A stretch of 54,600 nt of DNA from an uncultured Candidatus Saccharibacteria bacterium. Its GTDB lineage: Bacteria > Patescibacteriota > Minisyncoccia > Phycocordibacterales > CAIZLB01. A model generated the notes under the pieces. It ran no database searches. It saw only the letters and a list, made by a program, of their open reading frames with translations, and was not told the DNA's origin. Every line of letters begins with the position of its first letter. Position 1 is the first letter of the stretch. The stretch lies in contig CAZCNA010000001.1 in NCBI GenBank assembly GCA_964500215.1, positions 1-54,600 of the forward strand, written 5' to 3'. This document shows, piece by piece, positions 38,596 to 46,999 of this stretch. The position numbers were made by a program, and so were the translations under genes.

Positions 38596-39114
38596 TTACC
38601 CAATGCTGGCCATCGGCAGAATGCTCGCGTCCAAAGGACGTTCTTTCCAGAACCCCTTGAATTCCACCTGTTCCGCAACATTCGTCGGAATGGCATCCAA
38701 AGCCATCTTGATGTATTGGAACGTGTCTTCGATGACTTCAAAAGGCTGAATTTCAGCCCCAGCGCGAACCAAACAGTCGCTGACAAAACGACTCACCTTG
38801 ACGCCGTTGTAGGCAAAGGCAAGAATTGGTTTTTGAGCTTCTGTGCGCAGAACGATCTCGCCACCGCGTCCGTCCGATCCTTCAAGATTGAGGAAGAACG
38901 CGATTGCCAAATCAGCCTTCAACACCAGATTCTTGTCGTACTCGTAGATGTTGGGTACGGCCTTGGGAGTCCACGTCTGGAGATCGAAGGCCCACATAAG
39001 GATTTCGACATCGAACTTGTCCGTAATCCACTGAAGGATCTTTTTGACCATATTCATGCCATCAATCGTGTTGACCTGAGTCAACGGAATGATGACATAC
39101 ACTGTTTTTTTCAT
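38596..39114 (-). CDS. Nucleoside 2-deoxyribosyltransferase-like / dNMP N-glycosidase-like Rossmann protein
   Basis: 172 aa from the ATG at 39114. KKTVYVIIPL..., IYEYDKNLVLKADLAIAFFLNLEGSDGRGGEIVLRTEAQKPILAF follows the NDT-family pattern (D...aD..i......d.G...E.g.a...kP). Elevated GC (33/60 on line 38821-38880). Confidence 0.5.
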   Translation of the reverse strand: MKKTVYVIIPLTQVNTIDGMNMVKKILQWITDKFDVEILMWAFDLQTWTPKAVPNIYEYDKNLVLKADLAIAFFLNLEGSDGRGGEIVLRTEAQKPILAFAYNGVKVSRFVSDCLVRAGAEIQPFEVIEDTFQYIKMALDAIPTNVAEQVEFKGFWKERPLDASILPMASIG

Positions 39115-39172
39115 GACCACATATACAGTCCTCTCAACCGATTGCCCTGATTGTCGCGTCGGGATCACGCAT

Positions 39173-39201
39173 ATTCTATTCCTGCCGAAATAGTACATCA
39201 A
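39173..39201 (-). promoter_or_regulatory. Candidate promoter TTGATG-17 nt-TAGAAT for the NDT-like gene
   Basis: Hexamers at 39196-39201 and 39173-39178 on the minus strand, about 60 nt upstream of the ATG. Confidence 0.45.
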
Positions 39202-39210
39202 ACCCATACA

Positions 39211-39248
39211 AAAACACACTACCCATATACAGGATAGTGTGTTTTTTT
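39211..39248. terminator. Bidirectional terminator after rplK
   Basis: AAACACACTA-(13 nt)-TAGTGTGTTT with flanking A and T runs. Confidence 0.65.
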
Positions 39249-39283
39249 GTATACCGTTCTGAAAGACGGTGTGTATTTCGACT

Positions 39284-39706
39284 TTATTTAACGTCGATAC
39301 CGAGAGCCTTTGCTGATCCTTCGATCATTTTCATTGCGCCTTCGATGTCTTTGGCGTTGAGGTCAGGCATTTTCTGTTCTGCAATCTCTTTTACCTGAGC
39401 CTTTGTGATTGAACCCACCTTCTTTGAGTTTGGAGTTCCTGAACCTTTTTCAAGGCCAGCAGCTTTGAGGATGAGAGATGCCGCTGGAGGTGTCTTCATG
39501 ACGAAATCGAATGTTCGATCGTCGTACACAGAGATCACTACAGGGACAATACTACCAGCCATCTTTGCTGTGGCGTCGTTGAATCGTTTTACGAATTCAC
39601 CGATGTTCACACCAGCCTGACCGAGCGCTGGACCTACTGGAGGTGCTGGGTTTGCCTTGGCTGCAGGAATCTGCAATTTGAGCTGTTTAATTATCTTTTT
39701 AGCCAT
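39284..39706 (-). CDS. rplK: 50S ribosomal protein L11
   Basis: [43 protein letters not shown]. Start at the ATG at 39706. Confidence 0.95.
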   Translation of the reverse strand: MAKKIIKQLKLQIPAAKANPAPPVGPALGQAGVNIGEFVKRFNDATAKMAGSIVPVVISVYDDRTFDFVMKTPPAASLILKAAGLEKGSGTPNSKKVGSITKAQVKEIAEQKMPDLNAKDIEGAMKMIEGSAKALGIDVK

Positions 39707-39799
39707 AATAGTATAAATTGTTGAATATATTCGTTGCTTCTTCAATCCCGAGGCCGCCTAGAAGCGTGGCGGTGTGGCTGAAGGTTCTTATAAATTACC

Positions 39800-40342
39800 T
39801 TACATTCGCTTAACTTGCAAGAAATCAAGCTCTACAGGTGTTTCTCGGCCGAACATTGATACGAGTACGCGAACCTTGCCTCGTTCATTGTCTACCTCTG
39901 ATACCTTACCTTCGAGGTCCTTGAATGGACCGTCTGTGATAGAGATAATGTCGCCAGGAGCGAGATCGATAGTGTGTTTTACGGTATCTGTGTTCATTCG
40001 GGCAAAGAGACCTTCTACTTCTGCCTTATCGAGTGGTACTGGGAAGACACCTGAACCTACGAATCCTGTCACTCGAGGAGTGTTTCGGACTACGTACCAT
40101 GAATCGTCTGTTACGATCATATCTACAAGTACGTATCCAGGGTAGATCTTTTCTTCTTCTTCTACTCGCTTCCCTGCTTTGATTTTAATCTTCTTTTCGG
40201 TAGGAACGATAACGTTAAAAATTCGGTCTTCCATACCGAGAGACTCGATTCGCTGCTTGAGATTTCGCATTACAGCGTTCTCGTATCCTGCGTATGTGTG
40301 GATGGCGTACCAATTTCGGTCACCTTGAGCTTGTTTTGACAT
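39800..40342 (-). CDS. nusG: Transcription termination/antitermination factor NusG
   Basis: WYAIHTYAGYENAV (NGN domain), KOW motif GDIISITDGPFKDLEGKVSEV. Confidence 0.95.
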   Translation of the reverse strand: MSKQAQGDRNWYAIHTYAGYENAVMRNLKQRIESLGMEDRIFNVIVPTEKKIKIKAGKRVEEEEKIYPGYVLVDMIVTDDSWYVVRNTPRVTGFVGSGVFPVPLDKAEVEGLFARMNTDTVKHTIDLAPGDIISITDGPFKDLEGKVSEVDNERGKVRVLVSMFGRETPVELDFLQVKRM

Positions 40343-40396
40343 AGTTGATGTATATTGTTCCCCGTATTGAGGAATACTATTAATGAGTATCGCGGA

Positions 40397-40576
40397 TTAT
40401 GCGAGGAAGTTTGTAAGAAGTTTTGTAAAAAGGTAATCGAAAAATCCGAGGTATACGGAAACAAATACTGAAATCGCAATCACGATGATTGTGAAAATAA
40501 GTGTCTGCTGTTTTGTTGGCCAACTTACGTGCTTCATTTCTGCACGTGTTTCCTTGATGTAATCTGTAATTGCCAT
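40397..40576 (-). CDS. secE: Preprotein translocase subunit SecE
   Basis: 59 aa. IKETRAEMKHVSWPTKQQT followed by one TM helix. Conserved secE-nusG-rplK order. Confidence 0.9.
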   Translation of the reverse strand: MAITDYIKETRAEMKHVSWPTKQQTLIFTIIVIAISVFVSVYLGFFDYLFTKLLTNFLA

Positions 40577-40628
40577 AATTTTTGTATTTAAAAACACCCT
40601 CCCGGGTGTGGCTGTTATGAATGTATAT

Positions 40629-40657
40629 ATATTACTCCTTTTTTAGTCAATTGTCAA
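40629..40657 (-). promoter_or_regulatory. Promoter TTGACA-17 nt-TAATAT for secE-nusG-rplK
   Basis: Hexamers at 40652-40657 and 40629-40634 on the minus strand. Confidence 0.55.
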
Positions 40658-40680
40658 TCGGGGGTTTTGGATAGACAAGA

Positions 40681-40719
40681 GGTGCGAAAAAAGCCCCTTG
40701 CAGGGGGCTTTTTTCGCAC
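40681..40719 (-). terminator. Terminator (17-bp stem) after the DUF541 gene
   Basis: GGTGCGAAAAAAGCCCC-TTGCA-GGGGCTTTTTTCGCACC. Confidence 0.8.
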
Positions 40720-40750
40720 CGTCGTTTGCTGTCTATAATGGAAGGAATAT

Positions 40751-41587
40751 CTAGTTGATTGAGTATGTAACCATCACGTCCGCATTGATTGTTCTGTCAC
40801 CTGATGGAAGTTCTGGAGCAATCGGAGCTCGAGAAGGTACAGCTGAAATTGACTTCATGTCATATTCAACAGCTCCCCCATACGCTGCGTAATCCATATC
40901 ATTGTATCCAATCACTTTGCCAATCTTTACACCGAGTGTCTTTGCGAGAGCTTCTGCATTCATTCGAGCATTGTAGATAGCGGCTTGCTGCGCTGTGAGT
41001 TTGAGACTTGTTGTGTCATCAAATCCGTATGTGACATCCGTTGTCTTTACGCCCATCTTGCCGAGCTCAGCAATGTACTGACCAAGCTTCTGATTATTGT
41101 CTTGAGCTGACTTGATTTTCACAGTCACAGTCTGATAGGTAATGTATCCTGACACTTCAGGGTTTGCACAAGGAGCAATCTGCGCACCTTCTGACATTGG
41201 ACATGGTACTGATTTGTACTTTTCACTTGTGTTGAAGCCTCCCGTTGAGATGTCTTCAGGTTTTACACCCTGCGCTTTGAGGTATGCAATAGCTTTGTTT
41301 GTCTTGTCAGCAGATTTGTCCTGAGCATCCTGAACTGTCTTGCCCTCTTCGTTTGTTGTCCAACTGAATGTGGCAACATCAGGAAGCGCCTTTATTTCTG
41401 CATGACCTTTTACACTGATAGTTCGGCCCATTTCTGATGGGTTTTCACCAATTGTTGTATATGTCTTTGCTTCATTCACTGTCTTTGTGACGAGGAACAA
41501 TGCGAGCACCCCAAGAACCGCAAGTCCTGCAATTTTGAGATATGTTGTGAGATCGTGATTATAGACCTCTGATTTTATTTTTTCCAT
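40751..41587 (-). CDS. SIMPL/DUF541-family secreted protein
   Basis: N-terminal TM/signal anchor. ISVKGHAEIKALPDVATFSWTT and C-terminal ...INADVMVTYSIN are typical of the family. Confidence 0.7.
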   Translation of the reverse strand: MEKIKSEVYNHDLTTYLKIAGLAVLGVLALFLVTKTVNEAKTYTTIGENPSEMGRTISVKGHAEIKALPDVATFSWTTNEEGKTVQDAQDKSADKTNKAIAYLKAQGVKPEDISTGGFNTSEKYKSVPCPMSEGAQIAPCANPEVSGYITYQTVTVKIKSAQDNNQKLGQYIAELGKMGVKTTDVTYGFDDTTSLKLTAQQAAIYNARMNAEALAKTLGVKIGKVIGYNDMDYAAYGGAVEYDMKSISAVPSRAPIAPELPSGDRTINADVMVTYSIN

Positions 41588-41671
41588 TATAAATAACTAC
41601 GTGAGTAATGCTCGTATTTTATCATCGAATACGTGTTTTTAAAATACATATTTGTGCTATATTGAGCTTCT

Positions 41672-42166
41672 ATGGTACTGAAACATCACATTATCGCCGG
41701 AATTATTGGCACGGCGCTCTTCTATCCCCTCTTGGGTCCATGGAAAAGTGTCGTGTTCTTTTTCGCATCAATCCTTATTGATGCAGATCATTACCTCGAC
41801 TATCTCTGGAAAAATAAATTCACGGATTGGAGCCCGCGACGGATGTTCGCCTATTATGATCAAGTGACAAAACACCGATTTGATAAGCGAAAACTCGCAT
41901 TCAGCATGTTGCACACTGTCGAACTCTACATATTCATCTATCTCCTTGCCGTGTTTGTGAATTACGACTTCTTTCTGACGGTACTCGGAGGAATGGCGTA
42001 TCACACGATCTTTGATGTGGTGTCACTCACTTCAGAAAAACTTCATTTTGTACGGGCATATTCCATCATTGAATATGTCATCCGAAAACATCATATGAAG
42101 AAAAAAGGTCTTCATCCTGAAGAATTCTTCAAAGATATGTTGAAATTTTCTAAAGATTCTAAATAG
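41672..42166 (+). CDS. Small integral membrane protein, YdjM/DUF457-like putative metal-dependent hydrolase
   Basis: 164 aa, TM helices, LIDADHYLDY motif. Confidence 0.45.
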   Translation: MVLKHHIIAGIIGTALFYPLLGPWKSVVFFFASILIDADHYLDYLWKNKFTDWSPRRMFAYYDQVTKHRFDKRKLAFSMLHTVELYIFIYLLAVFVNYDFFLTVLGGMAYHTIFDVVSLTSEKLHFVRAYSIIEYVIRKHHMKKKGLHPEEFFKDMLKFSKDSK

Positions 42167-42214
42167 TCCTTTGCCTGATCACTTGCCAGATCTATTGTCT
42201 GGCTTATTTCCGAC

Positions 42215-43027
42215 CTACTTCATCATAAACAAGAGAAAGAGAATACCGATGATGATTCGATATATACCGAATGATATGAATGAGTGCTTTTGAATAAATG
42301 AAATAAAGCTCTTGATAGCGATAAATGCGACGGTGAATGAAACGAGGAATCCGAGGATGAGAAGCTCTATGTTTTGGGGATTGAAGTTATTGAATTCTTT
42401 GATGATATCGAGACCTGAAGCTGCAAGCATCGTCGGCACGGCGAGAATGAATGAAAACTCTACAATTGATTTTCGAGAAATACCGAGAAGCTGTCCTCCG
42501 ATGATAGTCGCTCCAGATCGTGATACGCCTGGAATAAATGCGATAGATTGGAAAAGACCGATAAGTCCCGCTTGCGTATACGTAATGTCTCGCGCAACTT
42601 CTCCTTGTGGATCGTCCTCGCGGAGTTCTGGCTGGAACAATTCACGTGTTGCTGTTCTTGTTCTATATATAATTTCAAAGATGATGAGGAGTGCTCCCCC
42701 GATGATGAGTGACCACGCGACAACAGCACCACTGCCAAGCAACGATTTCACCGATTTATAAAATATGAGTCCTAGTACAGCCGTTGGGATGAAACCAATG
42801 ACAGCTTTCTTTATCAAATGTTGATGAGAAATTAATGTCTTCCAATATAAGATGACAACGGCGAGGATAGCTCCGAGCTGAATGATGATATTGAAGCTTT
42901 TTGTAAAATCAGTTTCTGCGATACCCAGAAGCTGAGATACGAGAATGAGATGTCCCGTCGAAGATACAGGCAAAAATTCTGTGATACCTTCAACAATACC
43001 GAGGATAATAACATCTAAAAAATTCAT
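42215..43027 (-). CDS. uppP: Undecaprenyl-diphosphate phosphatase
   Basis: GIVEGITEFLPVSSTGHL, PGVSRSGATI. 270 aa, polytopic. Confidence 0.95.
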   Translation of the reverse strand: MNFLDVIILGIVEGITEFLPVSSTGHLILVSQLLGIAETDFTKSFNIIIQLGAILAVVILYWKTLISHQHLIKKAVIGFIPTAVLGLIFYKSVKSLLGSGAVVAWSLIIGGALLIIFEIIYRTRTATRELFQPELREDDPQGEVARDITYTQAGLIGLFQSIAFIPGVSRSGATIIGGQLLGISRKSIVEFSFILAVPTMLAASGLDIIKEFNNFNPQNIELLILGFLVSFTVAFIAIKSFISFIQKHSFISFGIYRIIIGILFLLFMMK

Positions 43028-43036
43028 AGGTGTGTA

Positions 43037-43234
43037 TTACATTATAAAGAAGTACAATGTCGCAATGAGAAGAAGTGTGAATACGAAAAATGCAACTAAT
43101 CTTCGTGCGCTTTTTTGCTCTGCAGGTGTGCGACTGAGCTCTTTAATCATTTTTTCTTGAGACTCGACTGCGGCAGACACAGTTTCATCTTCGAATGTGA
43201 CAAATGTATTTTCTGGGTTTTGAATCATATACAA
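43037..43234 (-). CDS. Small hypothetical membrane protein
   Basis: 65 aa with one C-terminal TM helix, 9 nt upstream of uppP. Confidence 0.4.
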   Translation of the reverse strand: MYMIQNPENTFVTFEDETVSAAVESQEKMIKELSRTPAEQKSARRLVAFFVFTLLLIATLYFFIM

Positions 43235-43276
43235 AGTATATCAAATTACACTGTACCTACCATCACTTTGTACCCT

Positions 43277-43834
43277 TTATTTGAGATATGCCTCGAGAGC
43301 CTTATCTACACTCGCTCGCAATTCGTCGATAGATTCATTGTTGTAGATGAGTGCGTCAGCCAATTCGATGCAGGCCTGTATATTCTGTGAATATGGATCA
43401 GTCGATGTCATCTCCCGCTCGTTATCTTCTTTGAATTTTTCGAAGGTGATGTGATCGGTTTCGGAATTTCGTTTGAGAATTCGGTTGTATCGGGTTTTGA
43501 GGTCGGCATTCACCGCAAGCAAGAAAAACTCTGGATTCTGTCTGAGGTATTTCACTTCCCCAGTGGTACGAATAGATTCAATGATGGCATTGCCGCCTTT
43601 TTTTGCAGCTTCCGCAAAGAGAGCCTCAGCCATATAACACGGACCGTGCACATGACGAAGGTTGTTCGCCACCATAGAGAGATTGTCCCGCGTGATGGGA
43701 AGCCCTCGCTTTTCTACTTCTCGTGCGAGGAGTGCTCGTGCGGAGTAATGTGTGAAGCCTTTGTGTGAGGTGAGATAATCAACGACTGTCCCCTTGCCTG
43801 CGCCTATTGTTCCTGTGAGTCCGATGATTATCAT
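43277..43834 (-). CDS. P-loop nucleotide/nucleoside-monophosphate kinase-like protein (dephospho-CoA kinase / UPF0200-like)
   Basis: IIGLTGTIGAGKGT Walker A, 185 aa. Substrate not assignable by eye. Confidence 0.6.
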   Translation of the reverse strand: MIIIGLTGTIGAGKGTVVDYLTSHKGFTHYSARALLAREVEKRGLPITRDNLSMVANNLRHVHGPCYMAEALFAEAAKKGGNAIIESIRTTGEVKYLRQNPEFFLLAVNADLKTRYNRILKRNSETDHITFEKFKEDNEREMTSTDPYSQNIQACIELADALIYNNESIDELRASVDKALEAYLK

Positions 43835-43843
43835 ACCGTATCT

Positions 43844-44362
43844 TTATCGTAGGGGTTTATGAGTGTGCTGATAAGCGGACAATTGTGGATGCTTCTTTGA
43901 TACCCCTGTAAAGAAGAAGGTTGATCCAATAAACCAAAGCGTACCGAGTGCATATCCCCCAATTACATCCGTCCATGAATGTACTCCGAGATACACACGA
44001 CTATAACTAATGAGCACAATCATCAACACACATCCGAGTGTAAACAAGTACCGCTTGAACGTAGACTTGAGGTGATTTTGATATGAATAAATAACAATGA
44101 GAAAAAAGAGTGTGGCCATCGTTGTATGACCACTTGGAAAACCATACCCGTATTCTGTAATGAGACCTCCTACTGGTCGTGGTGACTGAATAAGTCGTTT
44201 GAGGAGGTATACAGAAATACCGCCGAGACTCATGAACAATCCGAGCTGAATCATGTGGTTATACTTTTTGTGATTCCACAAAAAAACGAGGATGAAAAAG
44301 GTCAAAAGGAACATGGTCTGGGGACTTCCCAGCCGTGTGATGGAAATCATAAAATCATTCAT
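43844..44362 (-). CDS. PAP2-family membrane phosphatase
   Basis: KRLIQSPRP, PSGHT, SRVYLGVHSWTDV (the three PAP2 motifs). Confidence 0.85.
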   Translation of the reverse strand: MNDFMISITRLGSPQTMFLLTFFILVFLWNHKKYNHMIQLGLFMSLGGISVYLLKRLIQSPRPVGGLITEYGYGFPSGHTTMATLFFLIVIYSYQNHLKSTFKRYLFTLGCVLMIVLISYSRVYLGVHSWTDVIGGYALGTLWFIGSTFFFTGVSKKHPQLSAYQHTHKPLR

Positions 44363-44474
44363 TGGTACCTAGTATATCAAATTGTCGGCTATCTTTTCAT
44401 GAGGATAGGACTCAAACCACGCAAAACTGTGGAAATCAATACTTTTTCAAAAAAATACAGGCTATAATCAACGT

Positions 44475-44801
44475 ATGAGTGAAACATATAAGCCTGAACA
44501 AGGCCCTACAATCGAATCATCAGAAGGACTAAATCCATTCGAAGACTGGACTCGAGAAACAATCGTGGACCAACAAGCCGCTTTTCATGCACGTATTCTC
44601 GAACTCCAAAACGAATCTCTCGACCCAACAACACCCGCAGATCAGAAAGAACAAAATGCAACCGACATCAAAATTCTCCAAGATGAAATTGACCTCATGG
44701 AAGAAGCTCTCCGAGCTAAACCTGAATCTGCAGAAAAGAACATACTCGACCTCAGCGGATTATCTCAAGATGAAAGTGACGCAAGAGAACTGTCAGCATA
44801 G
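44475..44801 (+). CDS. Hypothetical acidic protein
   Basis: 108 aa ORF followed by a terminator. No recognisable motif. Confidence 0.4.
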   Translation: MSETYKPEQGPTIESSEGLNPFEDWTRETIVDQQAAFHARILELQNESLDPTTPADQKEQNATDIKILQDEIDLMEEALRAKPESAEKNILDLSGLSQDESDARELSA

Positions 44802-44824
44802 TACCGTCCGCAATACAGTGTATT

Positions 44825-44850
44825 AAAAAAGACCCACTAAGGTCTTTTTT
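44825..44850. terminator. Bidirectional terminator
   Basis: AAAAAAGACC-CACTAA-GGTCTTTTTT. Confidence 0.75.
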
Positions 44851-44861
44851 GTTTTGCTATT

Positions 44862-45392
44862 CTACTCTACGCGTTTGAATGTTTGGATACTGCCACCATA
44901 TAAATACATGAGTTCGAGATTATTCTCATCGGAAACGGTGACCTTGTATTTGTACTCATCACCCTTGCTCAATGTTTTTTGCATATAGATGCCTTCGGCA
45001 AAATCTGCTCCTGTTTGGACATTGCCTCCAGGGAATATTGTGAATAATTTCCATGTTCCCTTTTCGGTTGATGCATCCTCTGTCGGGTTTTGGGCACTGT
45101 ATGCTTCTGTTATTGCTCCGCCTTTTGCAAACGTCACTATATATTGTGTGTCGTATACGCTTTGCCATGTTCCAACAATATTCTTGTTTATCTGACCGAG
45201 ATGAGCTTTGGTCGAAGAAGAGAGAGGTTGGTATGGTACTTCTGATGCTTGGAGTGATTCTGCCTGCCGAATCGTGAGAACTGTAATGCCATATTTTGAT
45301 CCAATCACAAATGCGAGTATGGGTACAACACCACAAAAAACAATATATGAACCCAACCGTGAATACCATGTGACTTTATTCCATTGAATCAT
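44862..45392 (-). CDS. Hypothetical membrane-anchored protein
   Basis: 176 aa with an N-terminal TM helix and a beta-rich ectodomain. Confidence 0.45.
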   Translation of the reverse strand: MIQWNKVTWYSRLGSYIVFCGVVPILAFVIGSKYGITVLTIRQAESLQASEVPYQPLSSSTKAHLGQINKNIVGTWQSVYDTQYIVTFAKGGAITEAYSAQNPTEDASTEKGTWKLFTIFPGGNVQTGADFAEGIYMQKTLSKGDEYKYKVTVSDENNLELMYLYGGSIQTFKRVE

Positions 45393-45554
45393 TTAGAACT
45401 TTTTTAAAATAAATAATCAGAATTCGTACAAGAGATAGCTACAAGTATATCAAATATTTTTGTACGCATATGAACATCGTTGTCATTCATGAGAGATCTG
45501 TGCGAATGCTTAGTTATTGGAAGTTTCTGATAAGTGCGCTAGAATCAGCTCAAT

Positions 45555-46304
45555 ATGCTTACAAAAGGACGAGCCAAATCAATACAGCAGCTTCATGAAA
45601 AGAAATATCGTACTGAACGTGGTCTCTTTCTCGTAGAGGGTGAAAAGAGTGTTGCCGAGTTACTTACTTCTGATTTTGTCATTGAATCGCTCTATATAAC
45701 AGCGCAATTCAAGCAAAAATATAAGGCGTTGATTGAGAAGTGTACTGCCGAAATATCGACTGTGGAGCAGCGCGAGATTGAAAATATCGGGACTTTGGAG
45801 ACAAATAATGCGGCGCTGGCCGTCGTCTATCAAAAGAAGCCAGCGCCGCTTTCCATCGAACCCGGCAAGATAGTCTTGGCTTTAGACAATATTCGAGATC
45901 CCGGAAACTTGGGAACCATCATCCGAATTGCAGACTGGTATGGCATCACTACCATCGTGGCTTCATCAACAACAACTGATTTTTATAACAGCAAAACAAT
46001 CTCTGCGACGATGGGATCTTTCACTCGACTCACCGTATGCTATACAGACCTTGCAGAGTTTTTGAAAACAACAAAATTGCCAATTCTCGGTGCATTTTTG
46101 GAAGGAGCTTCAGCGCACACATTCATCTACCCCACTGAAGGTGTTCTCGTGATGGGAAATGAATCAAATGGTATTAGCACACAAATTGCAGAATTAATTC
46201 AGCAAAAAATCACTATTCCTTCATTTGGAAAAGCAGAATCACTCAATGCCTCTATCGCCACAGCTGTTGTACTCGACAACTGGAAGCGATCACTTTCTCA
46301 ATAA
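45555..46304 (+). CDS. SpoU/TrmH-family RNA 2'-O-methyltransferase
   Basis: LDNIRDPGNLGTIIRIADWYG, LVMGNESNGIS, IPSFGKAESLNASIATAVVL. Confidence 0.9.
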   Translation: MLTKGRAKSIQQLHEKKYRTERGLFLVEGEKSVAELLTSDFVIESLYITAQFKQKYKALIEKCTAEISTVEQREIENIGTLETNNAALAVVYQKKPAPLSIEPGKIVLALDNIRDPGNLGTIIRIADWYGITTIVASSTTTDFYNSKTISATMGSFTRLTVCYTDLAEFLKTTKLPILGAFLEGASAHTFIYPTEGVLVMGNESNGISTQIAELIQQKITIPSFGKAESLNASIATAVVLDNWKRSLSQ

Positions 46305-46345
46305 TCCTTTAGAATAACTTCCGAACGTGTTTAGTTATTTTTGTC

Positions 46346-46942
46346 CTATTTCTTTTCGGCCTGTAGTTTTTCTCGTGCGGATTTCATTACTTCTCCCCAG
46401 AATGCGAGCTCTTTGATCATAGATTCGCCGCTTTTTGCATGTCGATCATTGAATTGATATTCCCCTTTCTCATTCAAGTCACCCCAATAATTTGGAAACA
46501 TGATTTGATTTCGAAGATCAAACATATGAAGTTCTCCCGCAATTCCTCGGAGGTGTTCGACAGATCGTGATCCACCGGCCAGTCCTCCATAACTGATAAA
46601 ACTCACCGGCTTGTTTTCCCATTCTGCAGAAAGAAAATCAATAGCGTTCTTGAGTGCTCCTGGAACAGAGTGATTATATTCTGGTGTAACGATGATGAAC
46701 GCATCGGCATCAGCAATCTTTGCGGCCCAAGCTTTCGTATGTTCGTGTTCATACACGCCGTTTGATGCAGGCTGTGATTCATCGAGAAGAGGCAAATTGA
46801 ATTGTTCCAAATCAAGAAGCTCTACATGTATATCCGGATGTGTGGCTGTGTATGCTTGAGCGAGAGTATATATCCACGTTGCAGGTTGAATATTGAAGCG
46901 TCCAGGACGTGTAGATCCAGCGATGATTTTGATATTTGTCAT
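46346..46942 (-). CDS. NAD(P)H-dependent FMN reductase family protein
   Basis: IKIIAGSTRPGRFN, FIIVTPEYNHSVPGALKNAIDFL. Start at the ATG at 46942. Confidence 0.85.
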   Translation of the reverse strand: MTNIKIIAGSTRPGRFNIQPATWIYTLAQAYTATHPDIHVELLDLEQFNLPLLDESQPASNGVYEHEHTKAWAAKIADADAFIIVTPEYNHSVPGALKNAIDFLSAEWENKPVSFISYGGLAGGSRSVEHLRGIAGELHMFDLRNQIMFPNYWGDLNEKGEYQFNDRHAKSGESMIKELAFWGEVMKSAREKLQAEKK

Positions 46943-46999
46943 ACACTCAGTATAGCAGGCCAATTGAACCATTTGCCTGGGGACAACAATGTGTCAATT

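Noticed and set aside
38590-39150. 186-aa plus-strand ORF antisense to the NDT-like gene, and the 135-aa ORF 38379..38786 (-)
   Set aside because: The first lacks motifs and signals, while the minus frame shows a Rossmann/NDT pattern with its own promoter. The second runs through the dcd 3' end and a bidirectional terminator.
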